A stretch of 63,303 bases of DNA, the filler included, from Octopus bimaculoides (taxonomy: Eukaryota): assembly GCF_001194135.2 (NCBI RefSeq). It is 7 parts of 7 records of this genome, joined end to end, with 100 filler letters (N's around TTAATTAATTAA, not from the genome) between each part and the next. Parts side by side here need not be neighbours in the genome. Positions count along the whole stretch, not along the records: positions 59,554 to 63,303 come from NC_069005.1; 6 more parts are not named here. The stretch is one strand, 5' to 3'. Below are positions 63,077 through 63,303 of the stretch, piece by piece. The position numbers were made by a program, and so were the translations under genes. The notes beneath the pieces were generated by a model, which was not told the DNA's origin, did no database searches, and saw nothing but the letters and a program-made list of their open reading frames with translations. Each line of letters begins with the position of its first letter. Within the stretch, counting starts at the first letter, position 1.

Positions 63077-63303
63077 TATGGCTGTGTGCTAAGAAGCTTG
63101 CTTCCCAACCACATGGTTCTGGGTTGAGTCCCACCGCGTGGCACCTTGGACAAGTGTCTTCTACTATAGTATAGCCTGGGGTCGACTAAAATCTTGTGAG
63201 TGGTAGACGGAAATTGAAAGAAACTGAATGAAGCTTGTCATATATATGTGTGTGTGTGTATGTGTGTGTGTGTGTGTGTGTGTGTCTATGTATGTATGTA
63301 TGT
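63077..63303 (+). mobile_element. SINE family A 5' half
   Basis: GGCTGTGTGCTAAGAAGCTTGCTTCCCAACCACATGGTTCTGGGTTGAGTCCCAC... Confidence 0.75.

Overview
AT-rich, microsatellite- and transposon-saturated eukaryotic DNA. The ZNF architecture and SINE repertoire look like an octopus (coleoid cephalopod) draft genome; this is inferred, not verified. The window is not one contiguous sequence: six identical 100-nt spacers (44 N + TTAATTAATTAA + 44 N) join seven segments, so adjacency across them is unproven. Recognisable host genes are two near-identical tandem C2H2 zinc-finger genes on the minus strand (one complete with 9 fingers, one 5'-truncated by a spacer) and coding exon 1 of Abl-interactor (ABI), whose intron 1 holds at least 17 kb of TE debris. 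Three further putative exons could not be assigned to a gene. Mobile elements include a Merlin (IS1595-like) DNA transposon with ~155-bp TIRs, mariner and Tc1 relics, four Penelope-like (PLE) insertions of about three lineages, CR1/L2-, RTE-, L1/Tx1- and R4/Dong-like LINE fragments, three foldback/MITE elements and many SINEs of about four families. I found no clear new biological system. The best leads are (1) a PLE with a twin-priming-like 5' inversion, (2) microsatellite expansion at the same GIY...YIG linker in two PLEs, (3) ZNF paralog divergence concentrated in two recognition helices plus a shared linker stop codon, (4) an orphan exon with tandem GTAAGT donors, and (5) an ETS-motif cluster preceding a candidate N-myristoylation exon. 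Most listed ORFs are microsatellite or N-gap artefacts. TE boundaries are approximate (about +/-20 nt) unless termini are quoted.
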